Source: Felis catus (lineage: Eukaryota). Taken from it: 64,000 nt of DNA. The DNA lies in NCBI RefSeq assembly GCF_018350175.1, contig NC_058373.1:116934001-116998000 (forward strand). Reading direction: 5' to 3'. A model generated the notes under the pieces. It saw nothing but the letters and a program-made list of their open reading frames with translations. It did not search any database and had not been told where the DNA came from. The translations under genes and the position numbers were made by a program. Numbering within the stretch: the first letter of the stretch is position 1; every line of letters begins with the position of its first letter. Positions 34,431-47,144 of the stretch are shown piece after piece.

Positions 34431-35648
34431 CTCTATTTACCTGCCTCCAAAATTGGCAACATAAGGAACATTAGTGGTCCTCTTTTATCGTGGAAAAAGC
34501 CACTTAATGAAGAGCCGGAGGGGGGCTCCTTCAGGACCTCAAGTGACAAGGGCAACTTGACCTCTTAACAAATACACTTGTTGACTTTACATCGAGTTTC
34601 AGCAACCTGAAAACCCTGGGCTGCAGACCTCTTAGGTATACTTCCGGCATCTCCGCTCAGTAGTTACTGGGATGTTTATTTAGGTTGCAGAAGAACAAAG
34701 TTGTAGCCATCATATTTACGTAAATCTATCTGTGTTTATAAATATTATGACACCAAGACGAGGAAGAGACATTGCCTCTCTGGCGGATGTGCTGTGTGTC
34801 CCCTTGTGCCCCCAACCCCCTGTCCGCCGAGGCAGCCCTGTTTGCAGGACTCCACGCCATTTACCCTGATGCTTCCTCTTTGTCCAACTTGAGGAAGCCA
34901 TGATCACTTCCTCCCTGTGATGCAGTGAAAGAGTTCTTATTGACCCAGGAGGTTTGTTTGTTTGTTTGTTTATTTATTGTTTGCAAAATGCTCTTTAAAG
35001 TCTTTCTGGCCCCGTTCCCAGTTTACCTGGTAGGTACTGAATAAACGTGCACTGTTGAGCCGTGTTCAGCCGCTGTGTTTTGTGGGCTGGCCCACTCGGG
35101 GTACCTGGGCTCTTGTTGTAGTTTTCGAAAAGTATTCTTTTCATTGTGGCCTTCTCTTGGACTTTGCTGGTTTCGAGTGCCTGGTATTTTTGGTCTTTGG
35201 CACACTCTTTCCTGGGTTTCCAGTAAGAGGCCTTTCAAATAGTGCCTAACCTTCCTGTGGATTTGTCCACTGTTTTTTGTTTTTTTTGTTTTTGTTTTTT
35301 TAATCTTGTAACTCTTCCTTTACATTTTTTCCCCTAACTAGGGTCCACATAGAATCAATTTTTCCTTTTCTAACAATGCATAGTTGTCCTTGGTTTTCTC
35401 TCTCCCTATGGGCCGTTGGAGAGGGGTGGGGTTGGCAATGAAAGGAGAGAACAATTATTATATACACAGTACAGACTTTACATGTGATTTTATTTAATAT
35501 TCATAAAGGCTTATGCCCAAGATTATTATAATAAGAGGCAATATTTCCCGAGCATTTACCACCTTACAGAAGACCCAAGTTTTGCTAATGATTTGTATGT
35601 ACTATCTCATTTGACTCTCAAATGGGGTAGATTATATTATTCCCACCA

Positions 35649-35873
35649 TTTTTTTTTAATTTTTTTTCAACGTTTTTTATTTATTTTTGGGACAGAGAGA
35701 GACAGAGCATGAACGGGGGAGGGGCAGAGAGAGAGGGAGACACAGAATCGGAAACAGGCTCCAGGCTCTGAGCCATCAGCCCAGAGCCCGACGCGGGGCT
35801 CGAACTCACGGACCGCGAGATCGTGACCTGGCTGAAGTCGGATGCCTAACCGACTGCGCCACCCAGGCACCCC
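35649..35873 (-). mobile_element. Young felid SINEC_Fc inside a MIR (about 35550-35975)
   Basis: TSD tattcccaccatttt. Confidence 0.96.
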
Positions 35874-36644
35874 TATTCCCACCATTTTAAATGTAAGGAA
35901 GCTGAGGTTCAGAAAGGACAAATGGCTGGCCCAAGGCCTCATCACTAGTAAATGGCAGACTTCACACTCAGCCCAAAGCTTCGGCGGCTATGCAGTTGAA
36001 CGTCCTGTTGATAGCTGCTGCAGCCGGGGCTCACAACCAGGCTGGCCTGGCTGCAACGACCATGCTCTTCCATCATAGCACCCCTGTCTCCCTGGCCACC
36101 ACGTACTATTAGACTCAACTCCAGAGTGTGCAATTTAATAGCCTTGTGATAACCAGCCCCTGGTGAAAAGTAATATCTCTACATTGTCTCTAAAGATGTT
36201 TGGAGCCATCACATGCAGGCATAAATGGGTTATTAATGGAGATAGTCAGATGATCTGAAAATTTATACTGAATTCGGAATAATTTGCAATAGGTTAAATG
36301 ATACTGAGAGGCTCGTTCCAGAGAAGACGCAAGAGATTCACTAGCCCTGTGTGAACTTGACCACATTCCCATTGGCCCATATTAGCCACATTTGTGAAAC
36401 AGAGAAATTGAGCTTGTAAAGGACTCCAAATCATCCATGTATGCCTTCATTCCCTCCTTCGTTCATTCAACAAATATCATATTTACTAAATTCCGACAAC
36501 GAGCCAGGCACCGTTGTAGGTAATGTGGTTATAAACTGAACAAGACCAATAAGGCCCCTGTCCCCTTGGGTTATGGTCTAAGGGTGATGGTGATGGGACC
36601 ATTGAAGGTTTAAGCAGGGGTTCATGGCTTGTTCTCATGTAGGT

Positions 36645-36882
36645 TTTATTTATTTTTTTCAACGTTTATTTATTTATTTATTTATTTAATTTATTTATTT
36701 TGAGAGAGAGAGAGAGTGTGTGTTTGTGTGCACACGCATGTGTGCATGAGCAGGGAAGGGGCAGGGAGAGCGGGGGAGAGAGAATCCCAAACAGGCTCTG
36801 CACTGTCAGCAAACCGTGAGATCATGACCTGAGCCAAGATCAAGAGTTGGACGCTCATCCAGCTGAGCCACCCAGGCGCCCC
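36645..36882 (-). mobile_element. Older Can-SINE with internal deletion
   Basis: TSD ctcatgta(t)ggttt; alternating TG/CA run inside. Confidence 0.9.
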
Positions 36883-36896
36883 TCATGTATGGTTTA

Positions 36897-37032
36897 AAGG
36901 ATCCCAAGGTTGTGGGATGGAACCCTGCATTGGTCTCTGTGCTGAGCATGCAGCCTGCTTGGGATTCTCCCTCTCTCTCCCTCTGCCCCTCTCCCCACCC
37001 ACTCTCTCTCAAAAAAAAAAAAAAAAAAAAAA
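36897..37032 (+). mobile_element. Can-SINE 3' part
   Basis: gcctgcttgggattctccctctctc...poly(A). Confidence 0.85.
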
Positions 37033-38499
37033 GCATGGAAGACGAAAAGAAAAAGGCTCACTCTGGTTGCTGGGGGTCAAGAGTGGAGGAAGGTAGGCTA
37101 GATGGAAGGCTTTCATAGTGGTCTGCCTGAGCAGTTGTGGCAGCTTGAATGGCCAAGGTGACAGAAGTGAAAGACTGAGGTCAGGATGCATTCTGAAGGC
37201 ACACCAAAGTGATTCTGCCCGCAGATGAGTTGTTGGGGGTGTAGGAGGGAGAAAGCGCAAGTTGGTTCCCAGGTGGGGGGCTGGGCCGCTAGACGAACGG
37301 AAACGCTGTTTTCTACGTGCGGAAGCTCTGCGGAGGAGCAGGCTGGGGAAGGGGTTCTGTTTTGACAGCTTTATGTTCGACGCGTCTGGCAGGTGCACCC
37401 CCAGCCATCACGTCGGGGTGGTGGAGGATGTGTGGTCTGGAGCCCTGGGGAAAAGTCAGGCGCTCCCTGCAGTTGAACTTATCCCCTCGATCCTGGTCAT
37501 TCTCTAGTAGATAAACTGGGACCACGGCCGAGGGTTCCTGCCTCTTCCCCTTGGCAGTGACTGACCTCCCAGCACACGGACTGGAGGAGGCGTATGTGGT
37601 TTCCCCGGTGTGGCCTGCTGAGGGACGCCTGACCTCCCCGTGCCGTTCACGTCTCCACCGAAGAAAATTTCAAGGCAGAGGGTATGGCTCGATGGCCACA
37701 GCTGCAAGAGGTTTTAGTCAACTCACAACATGCTCGATGACTTCTCCACCTCCACTCTGTCTTCAGTCTGTGTTGTAGTAACAGTGAATACTTTGTAATG
37801 CTCACCGGAGCCAGGAGCTCTTCTAAACCCATTCCCCTTCATCCTCACAATCCCACGTGGGAGGTGCTCTTTTTATCCCATTTCAGGGCACAGTGGGGCC
37901 CAGAGAGGCCTGCCCTCTGTCCTGCCGGCTCCGGTGAGGTCCCCCTTCCTTGGACCCGCTGCCACCCTAGCCCCCTTCACCTTCCCTCCTGAAGCCTGGA
38001 GAAGGTGATGGGCTTTCTGCCCAGCGTCCAGGGCCTGATTATTCTCCTCGCACCCCCGGAGAGCTGGCGGGCCACCGGCTCTGCCCTCTGCTGTGGGGTC
38101 TTTGGCACAGACTGGCCTAGATTAGGTGAGCCCCACTTCTCTGCTTGACCTCTGAAGCACCCCGAGCAATCAATCCCCCATGAGTTTACCAAGCGTGACT
38201 GAAGAAGTTCCAAATACAGGAAGAGAAGGCCTCTGGGTCCCTCGTTCTGCTCCGAATACACGATGGGGATGGGCCAGTGCAGGAGCTTCCCGGCTGACCC
38301 TTGGGGTTCTGTGCTACTTGGTCACATCTCCTTCTGGGTCTCGCAGGAGCTTTAAACATTTTCTTTCATATATCCTTGTACGCTTTTTGTTAAGCTTCAC
38401 GTTTGATAGTTTATCTTATTGTTATTTAAATTGAAAAATTTCCCACTCTACTAACTAGTTGCTATTTACATATAGGTGAAAACTACTGATTTTGTTTCT

Positions 38500-38699
38500 T
38501 TTTAAAATTTCTTTTTAAGAGAGAGAGAGAGAGAGAGCGCGCATGAGTGGGGAGAGGGTTCGGAGAGAGAGAGAATCTCAAGCAGGCTCTACACTCAGTG
38601 CAGAGCCCAACATGGGGCTTGATCCCACAACCCTGGGATCATGACCTGAGCTGAAATCAAGAGTCAGAGGCTCAACTCACTGGGCCACCCAGGCACCCT
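38500..38699 (-). mobile_element. Older Can-SINE
   Basis: TSD actactgattttgt. Confidence 0.92.
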
Positions 38700-39685
38700 G
38701 AATACTACTGATTTTGTATATTTATTCCGTATCCCACCAGGACACTGAACTCTCACCACTGGCAGTAAATTTTCAGCTGGTTTTCGTGGGTTGTGCCGAT
38801 AAAGAGTAACGTCTTCAAATAATGAGAATTTTAGCCTCTCATTTTAAATTGTTTACGCTTTCAATTTCCTACTCTCATCTGACTGTGTTGGCTAGTACCT
38901 CCAGGTTGATGTTAAATAATGGTGGAAGAGAGCACACTGATTTCTTGACGTTAGGGAGACGGCCTCTCCTAGCTCCCTATTAACCGCACGTCAGGCGTGA
39001 AGTAGATACATCGTGTTGAGAAGGATCCATATAGTGCTACTTTTTTGTGCGTTTTGATCAAGGTGGTTTACCGATTTTGTCAAATGCTGTTTCAATTCTC
39101 TGCACGTGATTACAGGATTTTCTCTTTAGAGTCATTAATATGATAAATTATCTTAATCGTTTCTTTAATATTGAATTACCTGGGAATTCCAGGAATAAAC
39201 TCCACGTGGTCATGATGTATTAGTTTTAAATGAGCTGTTAAATTCACAAAAGATACCCATACATGAGCTTGATCTATAGTTGGTTTGTTTTGTACAAGCT
39301 TTGACAGGTGTTATCACTATTATACTGACGTCATAAAAGGCATTCGAGCATTTTCCTTCTTTTTGCATACTCTGAAACAGTTTGCATTAGACTGATCTGT
39401 TCTTTGAGGGCTTGGTAGAATTCCTCTGTGGAACTTTCTGATGCCATCTTGGGGGGTCACTTCTTTGACAACTTTCTCTCCTTTTCCTATGTGATAAGCC
39501 TGTTCTCTTCCTTCTGGGTTGGTTTCATTGGTTATATTTTCCTAGAAATTTGTCCATTTCATTCATATTGACATGTTGTAATTCTCTTAATTTCCTCTGT
39601 ATCTATGGTTATTGTCCTCTTATCGTTTATCTTTCTGTGTCTTTGTATTTTTGCCTTCTCTCTCCTGACTGGGCTGCCAGTGGTT

Positions 39686-40280
39686 TGTTGGGAGTTGGAT
39701 TCCCAGGGTAGTGAAATATGAGGAGAGTTGAGGGTACGAGATGTTTATCAGGGAGGGGCCCCTGGGTGGCTCAGCTGGTTAAGAGTCTGACTCTTGATTT
39801 TGGCCCAGGTCACAATCTCACTGTTTGTGAGTTCAAGCCTCTCATCGGGCTGTGCTAGCAGCATGGAGCCTGCTTGAGATTCTCTCTCTCCCTCTCTCTC
39901 TGCCCCTCCCCCACCCACACTCTCTCTAAAAAAAAAAAATGTTTATCAGGGAATGCCCCTGGGATCAACACCTATGGAAGGGAGGGGAAGGAAGTGGAAG
40001 GGGCAAAGGAGAAGTGAGGCAGGTCTACTGACAACCTCTGCTGACTTCTTGGCCAGCTCTGGAGCTAGAACATTCTTTCAGAGTTGTTCCCTATTGGGCT
40101 GGATGGCCAGGCCCCTATTCCTGCTTCGAACAGATAGTAGGTATGGATCATTCCAGAAGAGGTGTCCCTCGAGTGAGGTGGCTCCCTGCAGCTGAGGCCA
40201 TCCCCAAAGTTGCTGACAGCTGAAGGGACAAGTCTTTCAAGAAGAGAGAATTGGGGTGGCACATCTCCATGTCCCCCACA
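39686..40280 (-). mobile_element. ERVL solo LTR (LTR16-like)
   Basis: TG...CA ends; 5-bp TSD tggtt/tgggt; gggatcaacacctatggaaggg and gaggtggctccctgcagctgagg motifs. Confidence 0.8.
39755..39939 (+). mobile_element. Older Can-SINE
   Basis: TSD atgtttatcaggga. Confidence 0.92.
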
Positions 40281-40423
40281 TGGGTTATTGATGTTTTACT
40301 TCTTGAAGACTCTACTTTTTGATTTATTGCCTCTGCTGTTTTTTCCCCAACATATTAATTTCTGCATTTATCTGTATTAATTTCTCCTTTCTTCTTTTAG
40401 CTTATTTTCTTTAAAAAAAAAAA

Positions 40424-40635
40424 TTTTTTTTTAACGTTTATTTATTTTGGGGACAGAGAGAGACAGAGCATGAATGGGGGAGGGGCAGAGAGAGAGGGAG
40501 ACACAGAATCGGAAGCAGGCTCCAGGCTCTGAGCCATCAGCCCAGAGCCCGATGTGGGGCTCGAACTCACGGACCGCGAGATCGTGACCTGGCTGAAGTC
40601 GGACGCTTAACCGACTGCGCCACCCAGGCGCCCCC
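40424..40635 (-). mobile_element. Young felid SINEC_Fc without TSD
   Basis: Diagnostic sequence; flanks do not duplicate. Confidence 0.95.
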
Positions 40636-40771
40636 AGGATATCCAGTTTGATGCGTATCAATTTAGACAGACCCTATTAATTATTCAGGTGTTCTATATC
40701 TCATTTGTTCTTTGTTCCACCAAATGGCTTTTGGCCAAAATTCTAGCTTAGCTTATATTTAAGGCTGTGAC

Positions 40772-41080
40772 TGCAGCAGGATTCTTGCACTGAGAGTCGT
40801 GACACGGAGGCTTTTTAATTTCTAAGAAGCAATTTTATTCGTGCCCGCACCGCTCAGTTGGGTTGTACCCAAAGAACTGAGTGCCGAAAGTCACATGCGT
40901 AGTTTTTTAAATACATTTTCTATTTCTTTGTCTTCCATATATGGTAGCACACATACATATGCAGTTGATTAAGTCGTCTCAGTTTACAAGGTCATGGTAG
41001 GTGCATAGCCAGGTTACCTTGAAGTTTTCTCTCCCTTTTTTTCTGTCTCCTTGGGCGGGGGGGGGGGGGACCCTACCACA
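40772..41080 (-). mobile_element. ERV1-class solo LTR (309 bp)
   Basis: TG...CA ends; perfect 4-bp TSD TGAC (40768-40771, 41081-41084); on the minus strand a TATA-like gtatttaaaa, an R hairpin ctcagtt...aactgag and AATAAA. Confidence 0.88.
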
Positions 41081-41348
41081 TGACCTCTGCTTTTTTGTTT
41101 GCTTGCTTTCGTCTAGTATGTCTTAGCACAAATTTCCGTTTCCAACTTCGCTGTCTACGTTTATATTTTTTTCAGGTGTAGACTGTCTGTGTTGCCGAGA
41201 GGTAGTTTTTGCTTTGTGATCTGATCTGAAAATCTTTTTATTTTAATAGATAAGTTAAGCCGCTTATATTAATTGATGGGACAGATGTATTTGGTTTCAG
41301 TGCTATTATTTTAATTTATATTATGTTTTCTGAATTTGGAGAAGTTCT

Positions 41349-41575
41349 GGGGCGCCTGGGTGGCTCAGTCGGGTAAACGTCCCACTTTGGCTCAGGTCAT
41401 GATCTCACGGTTCGTGAGTTTGAGCCCCGCTTCGGGCTCTGTGCTGAGGATCAGAGCCTGGAGCCTGCTTCGGATACTGTGTCTCCCTCGCTCTCTGCCC
41501 CTCCCCCACTCATGGTTTGTCTGTCTCTCTCTCTCTGTCTCTCTCTCAAAAATAAACATTAAAATTTTTTTTTAG
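41349..41575 (+). mobile_element. Can-SINE
   Basis: ggggcgcctgggtggctcagtc head; TSD aagttct. Confidence 0.94.
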
Positions 41576-42009
41576 AAAAGTTCTTGTTTTGTGTTGTTTT
41601 AACCATATGGTCTTTTTTTCTTTTTATTGGGTCTCTGGGCAGTCCTTCTACTATTTAGAAAGGTATCTATTTTTGTTTGTTAATAGATAATAATTTGTAA
41701 TATAATTGCATTTAATGCCCTTAGTCCTCTGTTTCTTTAGAAAATATCTGTTAATTCCTTACTAAGACAAATGATGAGGTGAACATCCTTCTTTTTACTT
41801 CTGGCCCCTCTTTCCTCCACTACCTGATTTTTGACAGTGTTCTCTTTCTTAGTATTTCTTTGGGACTGTAACTTATACTTTGATTGCTCATTAATTTAAG
41901 TTTTAAACAGTATCTCTGGCTCCCATTTTTATAGATGAGATCATCTGTGAACTTACTCTACCATCCCTAATAAGCTTCCCCTCCCTCTCTCCCATTTTTT
42001 ATTGTATAG

Positions 42010-42233
42010 TTTTTTTTTTTAATTTTTAAAAAAATGTTTATTTATTTCTGAGACAGAGAGAGACAGAGCATGAGTGTGGGAGGGGCAGAGAGAGAGGGAC
42101 ACAGAACCTGAAGCAGGCTCCAGGCTCCGAGCTGCCAGCACAGAGCCCGACGCGGGGCTTGAACTCACAGACCGCGAGATCATGACCTGAGCCGAAGCTG
42201 GACTCTCAACTGACTGAGCCATCCAGGCGCCCC
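42010..42233 (-). mobile_element. Can-SINE
   Basis: TSD tattgtatagtttt. Confidence 0.95.
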
Positions 42234-42379
42234 TATTGTATAGTTTTTACAGTGACAAGAATAACAGTGCCCCTGACGTGGTGTGCCATTGCAATACACA
42301 AATTTAAGATGCAGGAAAGAGCCCTTGAATTTTAGCTTTAAATGTTCGTCTCTTTCATTGTCTTGACCTTCTTCTTTCT

Positions 42380-42489
42380 TTTTAAAATTTATTTATTGTT
42401 AAGTAATCTCTACATCCCATGTGGGGCTTGAACTCTTGACCCCGAGATCAAGAGTTGCATGCTCTTCCGACTGAGCCAGCCAGGCGCCC
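42380..42489 (-). mobile_element. Short old Can-SINE
   Basis: agtaatctctacatcccatgtggggcttgaactc...gagccagccaggcgccc. Confidence 0.88.
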
Positions 42490-43936
42490 TTCTTCTTTCT
42501 TTTCGATGAAAGGCATATCGGGTTTATTTCATCCATTCTCTGTTTTCTCTAATCCCTTTTTGGTATTCCTTTGTTGCCATTTTGTTTTAGTCTTCGTTTT
42601 TATTTCGATCCGCTGTGTCCCTTCTTACATTTTCCTGTAATGCCTATGTTCCCTCTGCTCCTTCCAATTTTTGCTTTTTCTTTTTTCCCCTTTGATATTT
42701 TTCTTTTTTATACTAGCTCAGGTTTTATCTCCTCCTGAAGGCTGCTATCTCCTCCTTGATTTCTTACATTTGTGCTTTGTGGATTTTCCTTTGCAGAAGC
42801 AATGACTTCATTAGGTTATTTTAACTCTTAGCAAAATATCTGCTCCCAATCGCCATCCGTTTCATTGTAACATTTTTCTGACAGCAGTTTTATCTGTTGG
42901 TACGTTTTATTGCTCTTTTCTACCTTTTTCCCCCCTTATGGTATCTTTGGATCAGTGCCGTGTCAGTCTCTCTGTAATTACTCACCTTTGAGCCAGCTAT
43001 ATTTTTGTGGAAGCTAGTTGCAGGAATTTTCCTTGGTAGGGCAGAAAGTAACTTTTAAGGCTTCATAATTCAAAAACTCTCTACTATCTGCCGCTGCAGA
43101 GACTGCCTTTTGCAAATATGGCTCAGCCGCTGATGCTTCATGTAGTCCAATTCCTACTGCTTCTCTGATGCCAGCCAGACCCCGGAGGTCCGCCCGTCAC
43201 CAGCCCTGCTTATGTCAGTTTCCATACCTGTGTGGTAAATAACAGATACAGTTTTGCGCTTTGGGTGAGCCCCTGTCACTTTCATCAAGAGTATTTTATG
43301 GCACTTTTGTAGATATCATACCGCTGAAACTTCTCGCAGTTCTCTGTCTTTCTTGCCTTCCCACGCCGCCCGACTTTAGCTGCTTTGGGGCATCTTTTAG
43401 CATATTTTGAAAGCTATGAATTATATTTGTTTCCTACTATTGCTGAAATTGAGTTTGTGGGTGCTCTTTTTCATTTTCTTTATTGCGTCTGTATCATTTC
43501 CAGGAGAAGGGCAAGATGCTGATTTGGATACTCTGTTTATATCAGAAAGTCTAAAAAATGACCTTCTTGAAAGAAAAAAAAGTCAAATCCTGCCATTCCC
43601 AGATTGAAATTCTTTGGGGCTGCACATTTCATGTGGAATACATCCAAATTCCTTTGTAGTGATAAATCCTGTGTGGAGGCCCAGTCTCTGTTCAGCTGTC
43701 CAAACTCACCTGAAATCTCCCTCACACACATTCTGCTGCAGTCACTCTGATTATCTTGGGGCTCTTAGAAGGTAGCAGGTTCTTGCTCACCTAAGGGTCT
43801 TTGTCCATTAAACACCCCTTTGCCCTGCCCTCTCTGGCCTCAGCATTCTTTACATTGGCTCCTTCTCATTTTATAGGTCTGTGCTTACATGACACATTTT
43901 CAGAGCTGCCTTCCCTGACCCTATTCCAGCCCCTTT

Positions 43937-44474
43937 TGCCACCCCAAAATATGTGCCTTTGGCATCTTGATTATTTTGAGCTGTAGGCACTTGAAGACCA
44001 GCAAATGCAGGGAGAGGGTTTCTCTGAACTCCCCTATATGCCCAAAGACCAATCCTCCAAAAGGAACTCACCTGTATAAATCCCCTTCCCCAGAGTTTCA
44101 TTAACCAGGGAAGATGGGCTCTTATGACAGGAGAGGAGACTAGAGGTCAATACCACACCCAGAGAAACTTTGTCACAAACCATCGTACCTCCCATCTATT
44201 TTTTTGAAGCCCCATTCATCTTCCCTAAGAACATTTGCTCTCCCCTAAAAGGCCTATAAATCCCCCCTGCCCCCCTTTCCCTATTAAAATGGTGTATAAT
44301 CCTGAATTCGAAGTGCTTTGGGGAGTGACTCAGTTTTCCTAGGTTTCTCCCATGTGTATATGAGGTATACATGTTAATAAGCTTCTGTTTGTTTTTCTCT
44401 TGTTAATCTGTCTTTTATCGTGGGAGTCTCAGCTAGGAATTCAGAGAGCGTAGGGAAATTATTTCCTCTCTACA
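43937..44474 (+). mobile_element. ERV1 solo LTR, MER34 family, inserted in an L2 relic
   Basis: tgccaccccaaaatatgtgcctttggcatcttgattattttgagctg 5' signature; ttaatctgtctttt...cctctctaca 3' end. Confidence 0.85.
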
Positions 44475-44944
44475 CATGCTTCTTTATAGTACTTTATGCA
44501 TTTTGTAATTACTTGTCATTTTCCCCTCTCTCTCTCCTTCCTTTCTTCCCTCTTTCCTTTTTTCTTTTCCTTATTTTTCCTGCTTCCCCCCCCTCCCTTT
44601 CTCTCTCTCTCTCACTGTCTTCTAGGAGGACAACAAAGGAAATATGACTATCTTGTCTCTTTATCTTCGGCTCCTAAAGCAAGGCAATATGTGATCAGTG
44701 GGCATTTGTTAAGAGAATAAATATATTAATACATGAAGATTATTTTCACATATGAGTGTCCTATTTCAACAGGAAAATTGATAGGGTCTGTTGTTTTCAC
44801 TAGAGAATAAACAGGTTGGAAGGAGGTCTGGAGACTGTTTCTTGGAAGGGTTGGTTATAGGAATAAGGGATATTTCACTTTGGAAAAGAGAAAAGCTGGA
44901 GGGTAGAAATTAATAGCCTTCAAATATAGAGAGTTTAATCTTGT

Positions 44945-45330
44945 AGTGATTTTCATCATCAGAATCACTGGAAGAACTGTTTGAAAATATGGAATCCCGG
45001 ATTGTTTCCTGATCTTTGATTCACTGGGTATAGAGTAGGACTAGAGAATCTGGGATTTTTTTTGTTTATTTGCATTTTTAAATGTTTATTTACTTATTTG
45101 AGAGAGAGAGAGAGAGAGAGAGAAAGGGAGAGAGAGAGAGCGACCCAAGCAGGCTCTGTGCTGTCAGCACAGAGCCCGACGCGGGACTTGAACTCACTAA
45201 CCTGTGAGATCATGACCTGAGCCGAAATCAAGAGTCAGACGCTTACTCAACTGAGCCACCCAGGTGCCCTTTTACTTATTTTGGTTTTTAACCGCAGCTA
45301 GTTTTTCATATCAGAAAATGTTGGGAAATG
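44945..45330. mobile_element. MER5-like hAT relic within an L3/CR1 relic (about 44800-45560)
   Basis: catcagaatcactggaagaactgtttgaaaat; flanking gaagttatagaaaggcagactttgactcaac is CR1-like. Confidence 0.5.
45060..45269 (-). mobile_element. Older Can-SINE
   Basis: Full-length antisense copy with (GA)n. Confidence 0.93.
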
Positions 45331-46189
45331 CCATCTTATAAGAGGCAGCGTCGTCACTGTGGGAAAAACTAGAACACACGGATTGAAGTTATAGAAAGGC
45401 AGACTTTGACTCAACAAAGGGGAGTTTCATCCTAGAAGGGCACCAAAGTGGCTGAGGCTGCCTCCCTGGAGGGATGCCCAGAGAGCCCGTCAACCCTCCA
45501 GGGGCCAGTTTTGCTGTGGATGAGACCTACGCTAACATGATTGAAATCTTCGGTTCAAGGAGATGCATAGTGTTTTAAATGCTTGGGGCTCACAGTTATT
45601 GTGCTAGTGGGGAAAGGCAAGAAACAATAACAGACAAACTCCAAATAAACAAAAACGGAAAGCAAAACGACATACACAAAATCAAGGGGGGGTTGGAAGC
45701 AAAACAGAGGCTTTAATGAAACTCTCAGAGGCCTGGAAGAGCAGAGACAACCTGACATTGTCGATACAGTAGAACCACAGGACGAACAACGAGCACGGTG
45801 AAGCAGGCTGTGGTCTCAGTGACTAGATTATCTTAAAGTGCAAGGGCCTCAGCATTGAACTTGCACAACTGGTTTGCATTTGCAACCAGAAAATTATGAG
45901 GAAATGGATGGTGAAGCAGTGGTTTCAGAGCTACGGGAGGATGAACTTACCAGAAATTGTTTATCTGTGGTCAGTAATTCCCCAGGGAGTCCCAGTGGGG
46001 AGGGAAGCCTGTGGCCATTCTGGCTTTGAGGGACAACAAGTCAAAAGCAAAAGGTCTGGTTTGTTTCTGGATCATGAGGCTGCTGTAGAAACAAAGGCTG
46101 GTTCTAGAAACTCACTCTGGACTGGCCTGAGGGAAGCTCAGAAAGGCAGGGGTCACCATCACCACTGTTAACATTTATGAAGTCCCTTA

Positions 46190-46400
46190 TATTACATATG
46201 ATTTCATTCTCAAAAAAATCCTGGGTGATGGCTCCCATCAACCCCATTTTACAACAAGGAAACCAAGGTTCCGAGAGGTTGTGTAAGTTGCCCAAAGGAA
46301 CATCGCTTAACAAAAGCCTATTGAGTATTTTGTAGGGACTAGTAAGTGAAAGACAGTCCAGATTTGAACTTGTATCTACCTCCAAAGCCCACGCTTTTTT
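46190..46400 (-). mobile_element. MIR
   Basis: ccccattttacaacaaggaaaccaaggttccgagaggttgtgtaagttgcccaa. Confidence 0.75.
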
Positions 46401-46705
46401 ATCCGCTTTAACAAAGGGTCAGTTTTAACAATAAATAAAATGCTACTATGAAACTGTAGGAGAAATCCCAAGTATCCAAAAGAAAAATTAGCAAAGGGCA
46501 TGAATAAGTAAGCTACCAAAAACTTGATTCAAGTAACTTGAAAGGACATGAATGGAGTGTAAAATTTTAAGGACATCACAGTAAAAGGAATGCAGGGAAC
46601 AAGCAATGGCATATTTGTTGGAGAATATGTAAACTAGTGCAACTTCTTTGGAGGGCAACTTGGCAGGTGTACCTACAAAGATTTTTAGTGCATATTCCTA
46701 TTGGA

Positions 46706-47144
46706 ATATATATATACATATATATATATATGTTCATATATATATAAATATATCTAAAATACATATGTTCATATATATCTAAAATACATATATATTCATA
46801 TATATATCTAAAATACATATATTCATATATATAAATATATCCATATATATATCTAAAATACATATATATATTCATATATATAAATATATCTAAAATACAT
46901 ATATATATTCACATATATATTTAAAATACATATATATATTCATATATATAAATATATCTAAATACATATATATTCATATATAAAAATATATCTAAAATAT
47001 ATATATATATTCATATATATAAATATATCTAAAATACACATATATTTAAATACATAAAATATAAATATATATAAAATTATACATATAAAATTATATATAT
47101 ATAATCGTATATATATGTATATATATATATATGCATATATATAT
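46706..47144. repeat. AT-rich minisatellite / (TA)n array inside an old L1 3' end
   Basis: Repeats of about 26-37 bp built on tatatctaaaatacatatatattcatatatataaa. Confidence 0.95.

Larger units (their letters stand above)
36430..37480 (-). mobile_element. L2 relic, interrupted by two SINEs
   Basis: ttcattcaacaaatat...gccaggcaccgttgtagg 3' end; ccattgaaggtttaagcagggg; gttctgttttgacagc...ggtctggagccctggggaaaagtc. Confidence 0.7.
38350..43540 (-). mobile_element. Ancient L1 (L1ME-like), antisense, hosting two LTRs and several SINEs
   Basis: Degenerate antisense ORF2 (gctagtacctccaggttgatgttaaataatggtgg; ggtagaattcctctgtggaac); 5' limit uncertain. Confidence 0.7.

Noticed and set aside
46706..47144. 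CRISPR-like array
   Set aside because: Mammalian low-complexity tandem repeat with no unique spacers
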